Positions 54,794-64,000 of a stretch of DNA of 64,000 nt are shown piece by piece. Origin of the DNA: a virus. Its lineage: Duplodnaviria > Caudoviricetes. Below the pieces are notes generated by a model that was not told the DNA's origin, did not search any database, and worked only from the letters and a program-made list of their open reading frames with translations. Every line of letters begins with the position of its first letter. Position 1 is the stretch's first letter. The stretch is from IMG/VR virus record IMGVR_UViG_2934965791_000001, positions 35,285 to 99,284 of that record; one strand, given 5' to 3'. A program made the translations under genes and the position numbers.

Positions 54794-55609
54794 TCATCGG
54801 ATGCCTTCCGGGGCCGTAGGTGGCCGTTCTGGCGCGTTCATGACCTCACGGAGGATGGCGAGGGTGTCGCGGGCCTGTTCGGCGGCCTGCACGCGTGTGG
54901 AGAAGTCGGCAACCGTGGTGTTGTACCGGGTAACGGCGGAGATGGCCTTCCGGTGACGGTCGAGTTCTGCACGGAGCCTGTCGAGTTCGTCGTCCCGTTC
55001 GTCGAGGACCACGTCCGCCAGGTCGTACTCCGTTGCCCCGTACCGCGGTGCACCTCCCGGGTAGGGCGCGGGCCAGGTGAGTTCCTTGATGCGGTTGCGG
55101 ATGGTCTCGGCATACCGGTTGCGGCGTACCCGCCGTTCCTCGTCCGTGTCGGTGCGCCGGCTGGCCCGTCGTGACGAGTCAGCGAGTATCCGCCGGATGT
55201 TCTGCATGATCTCGGGGCCGAGGATCTTCGGCGTGGTGGTGATGGACACGTGGTAGCCGTAGGGTGCCGGGCGTTCCGGGGCGGGTTCCTCAAGGAGCTT
55301 CCCGCAGTCCCCGGGGCACGGGTCGAAGATGGAGTGGACGCCGGCCGGGCATGCCTTGGGCCGGTTCGCTTCGGCCGCTGCCTTCTGTTCCTCGTCGTAC
55401 CGCTTCCAGCGCTCGCCGCACGATACGGAGGCGGCGGTGCCGTCCCAGCGTCGACACGGTCGGTGCGCCGGCACCTTGCACCTGCGGCAGCCCACGGTCC
55501 AGGAGGTGTCGGCTACGCCCCCGTGGATCTCCTTGCAGGAGAGGCCGCACTCGTTGAGCCGGTACGTGTGCCCGGTGGTGCACTGCGCGCCGCAGGTGAC
55601 GTCAGGCAT
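54794..55609 (-). CDS. Cys-rich hypothetical protein
   Basis: ATG at 55609; several Cys clusters; C-terminal coiled coil. Confidence 0.55.
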   Translation of the reverse strand: MPDVTCGAQCTTGHTYRLNECGLSCKEIHGGVADTSWTVGCRRCKVPAHRPCRRWDGTAASVSCGERWKRYDEEQKAAAEANRPKACPAGVHSIFDPCPGDCGKLLEEPAPERPAPYGYHVSITTTPKILGPEIMQNIRRILADSSRRASRRTDTDEERRVRRNRYAETIRNRIKELTWPAPYPGGAPRYGATEYDLADVVLDERDDELDRLRAELDRHRKAISAVTRYNTTVADFSTRVQAAEQARDTLAILREVMNAPERPPTAPEGIR

Positions 55610-55976
55610 GGGCGCTCTCCGGGGTGTCGTCGACGGCCTTCGTGGGCGGGATGACGTCGGGCCGGTCGGGCCGGCAGTCGTTGAAGCCCCACGGGATGCC
55701 GGGGGCTGCGTCGAGGCGGGCGGTGTCGACGTCGATGAGGCCGAGTTCCATGAGGTGGAGGAGGGCCGCGCTGACGGCACCGCGGATCGTCTGGGCCATG
55801 GTCTGCTCGCGGCGGTTGTACGGGCCTTCGGGGCCGAGGACCCAGTCGGTAGCGACGCGCCGGCCGATGCTGGTCATCTGGTCGTGGCGGCTGCCTTCGG
55901 CCGTGTTGACGGGTATGCGGGGCCAGTCGTGGAACTGGGCGACGGGCAGGGGAGGTTTGCGCGACTTGCTGGTCAT
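55602..55976 (-). CDS. Hypothetical protein
   Basis: Coupled ORF in the minus-strand operon. Confidence 0.6.
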   Translation of the reverse strand: MTSKSRKPPLPVAQFHDWPRIPVNTAEGSRHDQMTSIGRRVATDWVLGPEGPYNRREQTMAQTIRGAVSAALLHLMELGLIDVDTARLDAAPGIPWGFNDCRPDRPDVIPPTKAVDDTPESAHA

Positions 55977-56440
55977 TCGTCCTTGTTCCGTATCACGGTG
56001 AGGATGGATTGGGCGGCGCGGCGCTTGCTGGGGATGTACGTCCAGCGGTGGGCGAGGCCGATGACGCGGCGGAGGGCTTCACGGGCGTCGGTGTCGACGG
56101 CGTTGGGGGTCGCGGCCGGCACGGTCGCGGGCTCGGGGGCCGGCGGGAGTTCCGGGGTCGGCGTCGGTTCGGGCTCCGGGGCCGGGGCGATGACCGCGGT
56201 CGGCGTGATGGCGTCGGCGAGGGAGCCGGCCTTGCGCTTCCAGTACGACACCGACCGGGTCAGGTTGAAGTTCCGCCGGCGGAGTTCGACGACCTCAAGC
56301 GACTCGGCCGGGTTCACGATGAGGCGCTCGATGCCGGCGCGGAGTCGGTCGCCCTCGTCGACCGTGAGCCCGCCCTTGCGTTCGGCGCGCTCGATGAGGT
56401 TCTGCATCTGGTCGAGGGTGGGTGTCGTGGTCCTGGGCAT
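55973..56440 (-). CDS. Hypothetical protein
   Basis: ATGA overlap with the downstream gene. Confidence 0.6.
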   Translation of the reverse strand: MPRTTTPTLDQMQNLIERAERKGGLTVDEGDRLRAGIERLIVNPAESLEVVELRRRNFNLTRSVSYWKRKAGSLADAITPTAVIAPAPEPEPTPTPELPPAPEPATVPAATPNAVDTDAREALRRVIGLAHRWTYIPSKRRAAQSILTVIRNKDE

Positions 56441-56505
56441 GGGGGCGGGTCCCGGTGGTACGGGGGCCGCCCCGACGGTCGAGAGTCGGGGCGGCCCGGG
56501 CGGAG

Positions 56506-56952
56506 CTACTTGGTGGGGGTCGTCTGCGACGTACCGGCGACGCCGGACACGAGCGGGACGCCACCGTTGCCGGTCGGGATGTAGACCACCGAGTTGTTCT
56601 TGCCGGACTTGGCGATGGACTCCAGTGCCTTGGCGTACTCGAACTGCACGTACAACGGGGTCAGGGTCTTCGCGACCTCGTCCTGTGCCTCACGGAGACC
56701 GACGGCCTCCTGGTAGCGGATCTGCGCCTGCTGCTTCGTGACCTGGATCCGCTGGTTCTGGTTCTTGATCTCGATCTCGGTCACGGCCACCTTGTTCCGG
56801 GCGTGCACGAGGGCTATCTGCGCCTGGTTCCGTGCGTCCGCCATGGCCTGGTTGCGGAAGAACGCCTTGCCGCCGGCGATGAGGCCGACGAAGAGGGCGA
56901 CGACGGCGACCGAGGAGACCGCGATGACGGCGATACGGGTACGGAGGGACAC
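56506..56952 (-). CDS. Membrane-anchored coiled-coil protein (SPFH C-terminal-like)
   Basis: N-terminal TM; 'LTPLYVQFE...VVYIPT'. Confidence 0.65.
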   Translation of the reverse strand: MSLRTRIAVIAVSSVAVVALFVGLIAGGKAFFRNQAMADARNQAQIALVHARNKVAVTEIEIKNQNQRIQVTKQQAQIRYQEAVGLREAQDEVAKTLTPLYVQFEYAKALESIAKSGKNNSVVYIPTGNGGVPLVSGVAGTSQTTPTK

Positions 56953-57036
56953 GCGTGTGCTCGCTTTCAGGTGAGGGGGTTTTGCTGGGTGGTGGGGCCG
57001 GACGGCGGGCGGCCCCGGGTTCGTGTGCGACGGCCG

Positions 57037-57573
57037 CTAGAACGGGGGCTCGTCGCTGTAGTTGGCGGCGCCGCCCTGGGGGCTCCAGCCGCCGCCGGCG
57101 GGCGCGCTCGACGCCCACGGGTCGTCACCGCCGGCCGCCTGCTGCTGCCCGCCGCCGTTCCAGCCGCCGCCCTGGGCCTGGCCGCCGCCGCTGTAGCCCT
57201 CGCTGTTCCGGCGGACCTTGTCGACCTTGGCGGTGGCGTTCCGGAGGGACGGCCCGACCTCGTCGACGTCGAGTTCGTACACGGTGCGTCGGACGCCCTC
57301 GTTGTCCTCGTAGGACCGCTGCTTGAGGCGGCCCTGCACGATGACTCGCGTGCCGCGCTGCAACGACTCGGCGGCGTTCTCGGCGGCCTGCCGCCACACG
57401 GAGCAGGTGAGGAACAGCGAGTCGCCGTCCTTCCACTCGTTGGTCTGCCGGTCGAAGGTGCGCGGGGTCGACGCGATACGGAACTTGGCGACCGCGGCCC
57501 CGGACGGGGTGAAGCGGAGTTCGGGGTCGTCGACGAGGTTTCCGATGACGGTGATGACGGTTTCGCCGGCCAT
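57037..57573 (-). CDS. ssb: Single-stranded DNA-binding protein
   Basis: '[31 protein letters not shown]...DEPPF'. Confidence 0.97.
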   Translation of the reverse strand: MAGETVITVIGNLVDDPELRFTPSGAAVAKFRIASTPRTFDRQTNEWKDGDSLFLTCSVWRQAAENAAESLQRGTRVIVQGRLKQRSYEDNEGVRRTVYELDVDEVGPSLRNATAKVDKVRRNSEGYSGGGQAQGGGWNGGGQQQAAGGDDPWASSAPAGGGWSPQGGAANYSDEPPF

Positions 57574-57595
57574 GGCGTGTGTGCTCCTGTGGTGT

Positions 57596-57937
57596 TCAGG
57601 CCGCGGTGTCGCGGCTGGTGGTGTACGGGGCGCCCGGGTCGTAGTCGGGCGTGGGGGGCGCGGTGTCGTCGGTGGTGACCGGGGCGCGGCCGCGGCCCAC
57701 GGGGGCCGCGGTGTCGCCGCCGGCGGTGTATGGGGATCCGGGGCGCCGGTAGGTCTGGTGGCCGAACGGGTTACCGATGTGCCAGTTGGGGCAGTGCCGG
57801 CACTCGTAGATCACGAGGTGCTGCCGGCCGGGCTGCTTGCGGAGGTGCTTCCAGTGCCGCTTCGCCTCGGAGTGCGACACGTACGGGACCTTCGTGCGGC
57901 AGCTGACGTCCTCGTCGCTCGCGGACGCCGGTGTCAT
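57596..57937 (-). CDS. Small Zn-finger protein
   Basis: 'CRTKVPY...[12 protein letters not shown]'. Confidence 0.6.
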   Translation of the reverse strand: MTPASASDEDVSCRTKVPYVSHSEAKRHWKHLRKQPGRQHLVIYECRHCPNWHIGNPFGHQTYRRPGSPYTAGGDTAAPVGRGRAPVTTDDTAPPTPDYDPGAPYTTSRDTAA

Positions 57938-58794
57938 GCCGCGGTCCGGTGCTTGTTGAGGGCGGAGATGAACGCGTCGTCGGTGAAGCGGGGCTCGTCC
58001 ACCCAAGTCTTCGCGCCGCGGGCGTCGGACCGGACGCGTGCCTTGATCCGCTCCCATGACCGGCGCAACGATTCTTCGTCCATGCCGAGGCGTTCGGCCA
58101 TAACGTCCCAGGGCATGTCGAGGTACCGGGCGCCGTAGGCGATGGCGAGGGTGCGGGTCCGGCCGGACAGGGCGACGTTGTCGCCGTCGAGACGGCGGAG
58201 TGCGGCCGCGGGGTCGGCGGCGCCGAAGCTCTTGTCGGTCGGGCCGGTGCGCGGCCGGGCCTTCGGGTCGTCGAGGGCTTCGTCATCCCAGGCGAGCGGG
58301 GACGCGCACTGCCCGATCTCGGCGGCCAGGCGGGCCTGTTCGGCCTCACCGGCGGGGATGCCGTGGTCCTCGGGGACCCACGTCCAGCGCTGGTCGTAGA
58401 GGGCGCACACGGCGAGGTAGTCGATGACGGGCACCGGGTACTCGGCGAGGACGTTGCCAGCTTTGTGGACGGCCCAGCCGAGGGCGGCGGCGAGGTCGGG
58501 CGTCGGCCAGCCGAGGGCGTGCAGGGCGCGGAGCCGGCGGCGGGCGCCGAGGCTGCGCATGGTCGCGTACAGCGTCTCCTCGCGCGGGATGGGCAGGGCG
58601 AGGGTGCGACGCTCGACGTCCCAGCCGATCATCTCGCCGCGGAACACCCGGCGCAGCTGCGCGGCGTTGATGAGGCGGGCGTGGACGATGATCTCGCGGT
58701 CGGTGACGCCGACGTAGCGCAGGGCGCGGACGTGCACGGCGGCCGGCAGGCTACGGACCATGCGGGTGACCGGGGCGTCGACGGCGGTCGTCAT
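57934..58794 (-). CDS. Phage HTH-containing protein
   Basis: 'GARRRLRALHALGW', 'PLAWDDEALDDP'; C-terminal HTH. Confidence 0.65.
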   Translation of the reverse strand: MTTAVDAPVTRMVRSLPAAVHVRALRYVGVTDREIIVHARLINAAQLRRVFRGEMIGWDVERRTLALPIPREETLYATMRSLGARRRLRALHALGWPTPDLAAALGWAVHKAGNVLAEYPVPVIDYLAVCALYDQRWTWVPEDHGIPAGEAEQARLAAEIGQCASPLAWDDEALDDPKARPRTGPTDKSFGAADPAAALRRLDGDNVALSGRTRTLAIAYGARYLDMPWDVMAERLGMDEESLRRSWERIKARVRSDARGAKTWVDEPRFTDDAFISALNKHRTAA

Positions 58795-59261
58795 GCTGCT
58801 CGTGCTCCTTCCAGGGGCTTGGTGCGCCGGCGGGCGTTGTCGCAGCCGCGGCACTCGGTGACGCCGGTCGGGCGGACGTAGCCGTACTCGGCGAGTTCGT
58901 GGGTGCCGGCGGGGCAGGGGCCGGCGAGGGTGACGCCGTGCAGCGCGGCGTAGAGGACGCGTTCGCGCTGCCGGGTGACGTCGTCGGTGAGGTGCGGGCC
59001 GTGCATGCACAGCCGGATGCCGCAGCCGGCCTTGACGAGGCCGACGGGGGCGGTGCCGTGGTGGAGGATCCAGGCGACGCGGCGGGCCGGGTACACGGTG
59101 TCGTCGTGGAAGAGGACCGGGGTGGTGCCCTTCGATGCGGTGCCGGACCAGATGCGGTGGTCTCCGACGCGGTCGAGGCGGTCACGGAACGCCCAGATGG
59201 CGGCGGTGGGGACCGCGCCCGGGGTGACGGGCGCGGTCCGGACGATGCGGCCGCTGGTCAC
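58791..59261 (-). CDS. HNH-like (degenerate) endonuclease domain protein
   Basis: 'ARRVAWILHHG...CGIRLCMHGPHL', 'CPAGTH...CRGC'. Confidence 0.55.
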   Translation of the reverse strand: MTSGRIVRTAPVTPGAVPTAAIWAFRDRLDRVGDHRIWSGTASKGTTPVLFHDDTVYPARRVAWILHHGTAPVGLVKAGCGIRLCMHGPHLTDDVTRQRERVLYAALHGVTLAGPCPAGTHELAEYGYVRPTGVTECRGCDNARRRTKPLEGARAA

Positions 59262-59803
59262 GGCGTCGGCACCAGCAGGGCGTATCCCCCGAGGCCCGGC
59301 TGGTCCCGCCAGATGCGGATGATGGCACCGGGTACGGGCAGGGAGCGGGGGCCGAGGTTCGGGTAGGTCTTCGACAGGTCGCGGTAGCGGATGACGCGGG
59401 CGTCGTCGGCCCAGACGCCGGCCGTGGTCAGCGCGTCCTCGGTACTGCGGAGGAGCTTGGACAGGTCCGGGTAGACGGTGTGGGCCACCCGGTCCTTCGG
59501 CATCCGGGCGGGCGCCGGCAGCGTGAAGTGCATCTCGGCGACGAGGGGGCCGTCGAGCTTGACGTACCCGGTACGGCCGGTGATGAGGCGTTCGGCGGCG
59601 TAGTGGACGGCCTCTCGCCACGGCTTCACCTTCGCCGACGACTCGACGAGGATCGGGACGACGTTGCCCTTCTTCGACCGGCGGGTGCCGACGGGCTTCT
59701 TGCTGCCCTGCGGGCCGGGCGTGCCGAAGACGACGAGGGAGAACGCGGGGGCCGGGATGACTGGTCTGGGGTCGTCGGTCGCGGTGGGCAGGGTGACGGT
59801 CAC
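59258..59803 (-). CDS. rusA: RusA-family Holliday junction resolvase
   Basis: 'GTPGPQGSK', 'PDLSKLLRSTEDALT...WADDARV'. Confidence 0.85.
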   Translation of the reverse strand: MTVTLPTATDDPRPVIPAPAFSLVVFGTPGPQGSKKPVGTRRSKKGNVVPILVESSAKVKPWREAVHYAAERLITGRTGYVKLDGPLVAEMHFTLPAPARMPKDRVAHTVYPDLSKLLRSTEDALTTAGVWADDARVIRYRDLSKTYPNLGPRSLPVPGAIIRIWRDQPGLGGYALLVPTP

Positions 59804-59823
59804 GGTGTTCTCCGGGTCGTGTG

Positions 59824-60210
59824 TCAGGCGGGCTGGCGGGCCTCGCCGACGCGGGTGATGAGCCAGATCTCGGCGGCTCGGCGCGTCAGGCGGGGCGTGG
59901 TGGCCGGCGCGAGTGCGCTGCAGGCGGCCGTGTCGTCGCGGACCTTGTCCAGGTCGGCCGGCCAGGTGACGCCGACGCGGTGCTGGCGGTGTCGGGCGCA
60001 GGGCACGACGGCGTCGAACGGGTGGGCCTCGCCCCCGGTGTGGATGAGGGTGGTGCCCTCGGCGTCGGTCGTGGTCGCGGTGGTGTCGTCGAGGCCGACC
60101 CAGTCGTTGATGTCGAGCCCGAAGCCGTAGGCGATGCCGGCGAGGTAGGCGCGGGCCTTCCCCTCCTGCTCCGGCGTCACGGCGGAGGAGGGGATGGTGC
60201 CGGCGGTCAC
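59824..60210 (-). CDS. Hypothetical protein
   Basis: Coupled ORF in the operon. Confidence 0.6.
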   Translation of the reverse strand: MTAGTIPSSAVTPEQEGKARAYLAGIAYGFGLDINDWVGLDDTTATTTDAEGTTLIHTGGEAHPFDAVVPCARHRQHRVGVTWPADLDKVRDDTAACSALAPATTPRLTRRAAEIWLITRVGEARQPA

Positions 60211-60743
60211 TCCGCGCCGCCGGCGGTGAGTTCACCGAGGCCGGTGAGGTGGGCGAACTGCTTCGCGGCCCAGGCCGCGGCGACCTGGTCGCGGCCGGCG
60301 TCGCCGCCCTCGAACCGGATGGAGTGGGTACGGGTGCCCGCCCGCAGCTTGATGCCGGGCACCTCGACGATCTCGCCGCCCTCGGTGACGACCTCGGCGG
60401 CCTTCCGCTGGTTCATCGCGTCGAGGAGCGTCTTGCGGAACGCCGGCTGGACCTCGGTGACGATGACCGTGCGGGTGATGACCTCGCTCGGGTGGTGCTG
60501 GGCGACCCACTCGACGAACGCGTCCTCGTCGTCGACGTCGGCCTTCGGGTCCGGGTCGACGAGGCTGATGGCGGCGACCTTCTCACCGTTGGGCAGGCGA
60601 ACGGCCTGCCGCTCGGTGTCGGCGTCCTCAAGGGCCTTCTGCACCTTCGTGCGCTGCGTCTTGAGGGCGTCGGAGACCTTCTTCTCCAGGACGTTGAGGA
60701 CGGCTTCCTCAAGGGCGAGGGTCTTCAGGGGCGTGCTGGTCAC
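60207..60743 (-). CDS. Hypothetical phage protein
   Basis: 'DEDAFVEWV...GEIVEVPGI'; AAGGAG RBS. Confidence 0.65.
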   Translation of the reverse strand: MTSTPLKTLALEEAVLNVLEKKVSDALKTQRTKVQKALEDADTERQAVRLPNGEKVAAISLVDPDPKADVDDEDAFVEWVAQHHPSEVITRTVIVTEVQPAFRKTLLDAMNQRKAAEVVTEGGEIVEVPGIKLRAGTRTHSIRFEGGDAGRDQVAAAWAAKQFAHLTGLGELTAGGAE

Positions 60744-60819
60744 GTGCGCTTCTCCTTGCGTGTGTCGGGGGCCGGGCCGCCGCCGGTCGAGGGGCGGCGG
60801 CCCGTAGGCAGACCGAGGG

Positions 60820-61713
60820 TTACTTGGGCTCGATGACCTGGTGGACCTTGCCGTCGGCCTCGGTGGGGACCTTGATGACGGCGAGCGCGGTCTTGCCGGC
60901 GCGGAGGGCGTTCCAGGCGGTCAGCACCTGGGCCATGTGGAGGCCGTCGGTGACGGCCTTCTGGCTGTCCTTGTCGGTCATGACCCGCTTGCGGAGGGTC
61001 AGGATCGGGTGCCGGAGGGAGAGTTCGGCGCCCGTGCCCAGGGCCTCGTAGAACCAGGCGGCCTCGTCGGCGGCTATGCGGCTGCAAAGGTGGTGAGCGG
61101 CGCCGACGATGGACGGCGGGATGTAACGGAAGTTGTGGTAAACGCGGACCGCGATGTCCGCCGAGCGGCGCAGGCCCGGGTTGTTGTCGACCAGGGTGTA
61201 GAGCTCCGGCGTGGTCGGGGCTTCCTTCGCGGAGAACCGCTTGTCGCCCTGCTCCCACAGCCACACCTTGCGGGCGACCGATCCGAGCATCGTGGCGTTC
61301 TGCTCGTCGCGCAGGGTGAAGACGTCACCCGGGTTGCGCTTGGCGCCGCCGTCCATCGTGCTCTGGGTCTCCGGGGGCAGGTTGGAGACGACCAGGGTGG
61401 TGATGGTGACGCCGGACTTCACGACGGCGTGCAGCCGGTGCTGGCCGTCCAGGATCGTGCCGTCGATGGCGACCTTGATCGCCTCGCCGTTGTTGTGCCA
61501 CAGGCCGGCGGTCATGATGCGGGCCCAGCCGTTGACGCGGGCCGCGCGAACGTTCCGGTTGCGGGTGTTACGGCGGAGCATGTCTTTGGCGACGGCCGGC
61601 GTGATGACGAGGAACTCGGCCTTGACGTCGGTGACGGCTACCTCGGGGAGCAGCGTGGGGTGGACGAACGGGTCGGCGGCCGGGCGGATCGGGCGGACGG
61701 GGGCAGTGGTCAT
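60820..61713 (-). CDS. ParB/Srx-fold protein with a DGQHR motif
   Basis: 'ITPAVAKDML..NTRNR...ILDGQHRLHAV'; ATG at 61713. Confidence 0.75.
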   Translation of the reverse strand: MTTAPVRPIRPAADPFVHPTLLPEVAVTDVKAEFLVITPAVAKDMLRRNTRNRNVRAARVNGWARIMTAGLWHNNGEAIKVAIDGTILDGQHRLHAVVKSGVTITTLVVSNLPPETQSTMDGGAKRNPGDVFTLRDEQNATMLGSVARKVWLWEQGDKRFSAKEAPTTPELYTLVDNNPGLRRSADIAVRVYHNFRYIPPSIVGAAHHLCSRIAADEAAWFYEALGTGAELSLRHPILTLRKRVMTDKDSQKAVTDGLHMAQVLTAWNALRAGKTALAVIKVPTEADGKVHQVIEPK

Positions 61714-61736
61714 TGCGGTTGTGCTCCTTGTTGGTG

Positions 61737-62174
61737 TTACGCGGCGGCCGGCGCGGGTGCGGCGGTCGTGACGGAGTGCGCGAAGTCGCGCAGGGTCTGC
61801 GGGATGCCGGCGGGGTCGACGCCCAGGAGGTGCGGCCAGTTGGCGAGGCGGTCGATGGGGTCGTCGGTCCAGTCGGCGTCGGGCCGGACGGTCGCCATGT
61901 AGGCGGCCAGGGCGCCGAGCGTGTCCATCGCGGCCGGCGCGTCCTCGATGTAGGAGCGGGCGACGTCGGCGGCGTCGTGGTCGGGGATGGCGAAGATGAA
62001 CGGGAGGGCGCCGGTCGTCGCCTTGTAGGCGGCGGCGGGGACGTCGAGGCGCTCGCTGGCCGGGTCGATGAAGTTCGGGCCGGACGTCCAGAGGCCGAAC
62101 CGCTCGATGTCGGCGGCCATTTCGAGGGCGTAGTCCGCGATGTAGGCGGGCGGCGTCGTGTCGGTTCCGGGCAT
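61737..62174 (-). CDS. Hypothetical protein (DUF6197-like, tentative)
   Basis: 'ALEMAADIERFGLWT' resembles the repeat unit of 43968-44888. Confidence 0.55.
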   Translation of the reverse strand: MPGTDTTPPAYIADYALEMAADIERFGLWTSGPNFIDPASERLDVPAAAYKATTGALPFIFAIPDHDAADVARSYIEDAPAAMDTLGALAAYMATVRPDADWTDDPIDRLANWPHLLGVDPAGIPQTLRDFAHSVTTAAPAPAAA

Positions 62175-62431
62175 GGCAAGTACTCCCTTCGACGGGTGTG
62201 GTCTGGGGCTGTGCAGGCCGGGCGGGCGGGAGTTCGGGGCTCGACCGCTCCGCCCGGCCTGGTGCCGGGTGGGGGGTGTGCGGGTCAGGCGCCCTGGGCT
62301 CCGGGGCTGTTCGGCCCCGTTTCCCTGCGGCACTGACCAAGCTAAGGAGTTTCTAATGCGCGCGCAATAGAGAATGTGAGAAGTTTTCCCAGGTCACGAC
62401 TGATCCGTGTGTGGACACGCCCGGACATGAC

Positions 62432-62468
62432 GAAGGCCCCGCCCCCGGGGGTACGGGGCGGGGCCTTC
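62432..62468. terminator. Hairpin terminator
   Basis: gaaggccccgcccc...ggggcgggggccttc. Confidence 0.55.
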
Positions 62469-62479
62469 GGGTCTTCGGG

Positions 62480-62758
62480 TTACGCGGTGCGCCGGCCGTT
62501 GGCGGCGAGCCAGCCGCGGGCGAGGTCGCGGTGGAACTCAAGGAGTACGGACCGGCTGACGTGCTCGCCGCGCTGACCGTACACGCGGTACACCGGGCGG
62601 TCGGCGGCCTTGTACTTGCGGCGCAGGTCGCGTGCACTCATCGGATGCGGGCTCGTGGCGACCGCGGCTTCGGCTTCGTTCCAGGTGATGAGGTCGGGCG
62701 GGCGGTGACGGAAGAAGTCGGCGGTCACGCATCCCGCACGATCGGAGAGGTCGGGCAC
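62480..62758 (-). CDS. Hypothetical DNA-binding-like protein
   Basis: 92 aa ORF in the operon. Confidence 0.5.
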   Translation of the reverse strand: MPDLSDRAGCVTADFFRHRPPDLITWNEAEAAVATSPHPMSARDLRRKYKAADRPVYRVYGQRGEHVSRSVLLEFHRDLARGWLAANGRRTA

Positions 62759-62774
62759 GGTTGTTCCGGATCGT

Positions 62775-63329
62775 TCAGGCGGCGGCGACGTCGCGGTGGG
62801 TTATGTGGTGGCGGGCGACCTCGGCGAGGGTGAACACCCGCGGCACGCCGGGCGCGGTCGCACACCGCACGATGCGGCAGGTGGCGGCCCAGCCGCCGGC
62901 CGGCATCCGGGTGCCGACCAGCGACCAGGACTGGCACGTGGGGCACGTGAGCTTGCCGAGGATTTCGTCCGCGTCGCCGATGGTGAGCGCGGCCCGCAGG
63001 TCGTGGACCAGGCGGAGCCGGCCGTAGTCGACGCGGGCGACGTCGCTGCCCTCGGCGAGGCAAGCGGCGTAGTCGGCGACCGCGGTACGGCCGGCGGGGA
63101 CCTCGTCGCCGTGTCGGCGGGTGAACGCCTCAAGGGCCCGGTCCAGGTCGAGGGCGAGGTCGTAGACGTTCAGGTTGTAGGGCGTGCCGGCGTGGGAGCG
63201 GGTGGCCCGCCGCTCAGGGAGAGCGAGGGCGCCAGCAAGCCGAGTCGCGCCAGCCGTCGACCAGTGGGGGTCAGCGGCGACGGCGTAGGTGAGGGCGGAG
63301 CGCGACGGCTCGGACTCCTGGTTACTCAT
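62775..63329 (-). CDS. Zn-ribbon hypothetical protein
   Basis: 'CPTCQSWSL...CRIVRC'. Confidence 0.6.
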   Translation of the reverse strand: MSNQESEPSRSALTYAVAADPHWSTAGATRLAGALALPERRATRSHAGTPYNLNVYDLALDLDRALEAFTRRHGDEVPAGRTAVADYAACLAEGSDVARVDYGRLRLVHDLRAALTIGDADEILGKLTCPTCQSWSLVGTRMPAGGWAATCRIVRCATAPGVPRVFTLAEVARHHITHRDVAAA

Positions 63330-63607
63330 GTGACGCCCCCGGGGTTTCGTTGATTTGTGCTGGCCAGACGCCCAGACCTACTGACCGGATGGTCGGGTTC
63401 TGGCGGCTCGGTCGACATCTTGCCTGATGTGTAGAACGAGTGAAGAGGTGGGTGGTGCAGCGTTCAATGCTTTACCGAACGCATGCACGGATTTTGCATA
63501 TGGCGGTAGAGAAAACAGCGCCGCCCGTACAACCCTCTCCGATCTGCCCGTTTTTGACAGGTTGGGAGGTTGTACGGGCGGCGACGCCGGCGCGGTGCCG
63601 GCGGACG

Positions 63608-63958
63608 TCAGTGCTTGGCTTTGACGGCCTCCGCTGCGGCGTGTGCCAGGTCGCGGAACATGCCCGTCATCTGCACGGCGGAGGTGAAGTCGACGCCGGC
63701 CTCGGGGTTCGGGGGAAGGTGGCCCTGCCCCTCACGGAGGACGAGGAGACCACTCACGAGGCGCTCGAACTCCTTCGTCACCACTGCGACGGTCGCGGCC
63801 GTGGCCTTGTCGCCGAGTTCGATGCCGGCAGCCTCGAAGACGCCGGCCCAGTGCCGGGCGGCCTCCGTGGCGAGCTGCTCATCCGACGCGCCCGCGAGGG
63901 AATCGACGGGCTTGGTGTCACGGTGGTCGGCAAGGGAGACGACCGGGGCGAGCTGCAT
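63608..63958 (-). CDS. Hypothetical protein
   Basis: ATG at 63958 after AGGA. Confidence 0.55.
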   Translation of the reverse strand: MQLAPVVSLADHRDTKPVDSLAGASDEQLATEAARHWAGVFEAAGIELGDKATAATVAVVTKEFERLVSGLLVLREGQGHLPPNPEAGVDFTSAVQMTGMFRDLAHAAAEAVKAKH

Positions 63959-64000
63959 GTGCTCGTCCTGGGAGTCCGGCTGATGTGCCGACGCTGGCAT

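Larger units (their letters stand above)
1..64000. mobile_element. Actinobacterial phage-plasmid or conjugative prophage-like element (part; no boundaries visible)
   Basis: Head-tail operon, TraB/FtsK transfer block, replication initiator, ssb and rusA occur together; no host housekeeping genes seen. Confidence 0.85.

Noticed and set aside
60820-61713. DGQHR protein as part of a Dnd phosphorothioation system
   Set aside because: No dndCDE cluster nearby; the context is a phage early operon and the motif is common in ParB/Srx folds
1-64000. Integrase, att sites or lysis genes
   Set aside because: None recognisable in this window; integrated versus episomal state cannot be decided here

Overview
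High-GC actinobacterial (Streptomyces-like) mobile element that looks like a phage-plasmid. From left to right: (i) a minus-strand siphovirus-type morphogenesis operon at 1-20 kb, including a portal-Nudix-MuF fusion; (ii) a ParB-methyltransferase, tRNA-Trp and a type III polyketide synthase paired with an XRE/MmyB regulator at 20-26 kb; (iii) a TraB/Spd-like conjugation block with its own operator set at 26-31 kb; (iv) an HTH replication initiator with internal iterons; (v) a ~21.5 kb plus-strand array of ~38 mostly unknown genes at 33.1-54.6 kb; (vi) a convergent minus-strand early/recombination operon with ssb and rusA. The standout signal is the architecture of the array. Twenty near-identical sigma70/HrdB-type promoters each carry two copies of the palindrome TGTAGCTACA. 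The first gene of most units is followed by a GC-rich hairpin whose stem varies but whose loop (CTCGAC core) is conserved. A divergent ribbon-helix-helix-like gene carries the same box in its own promoter. This suggests a single-repressor, cassette-like establishment regulon. All product calls come from motif recognition by eye; no database searches were run, and counts are manual.
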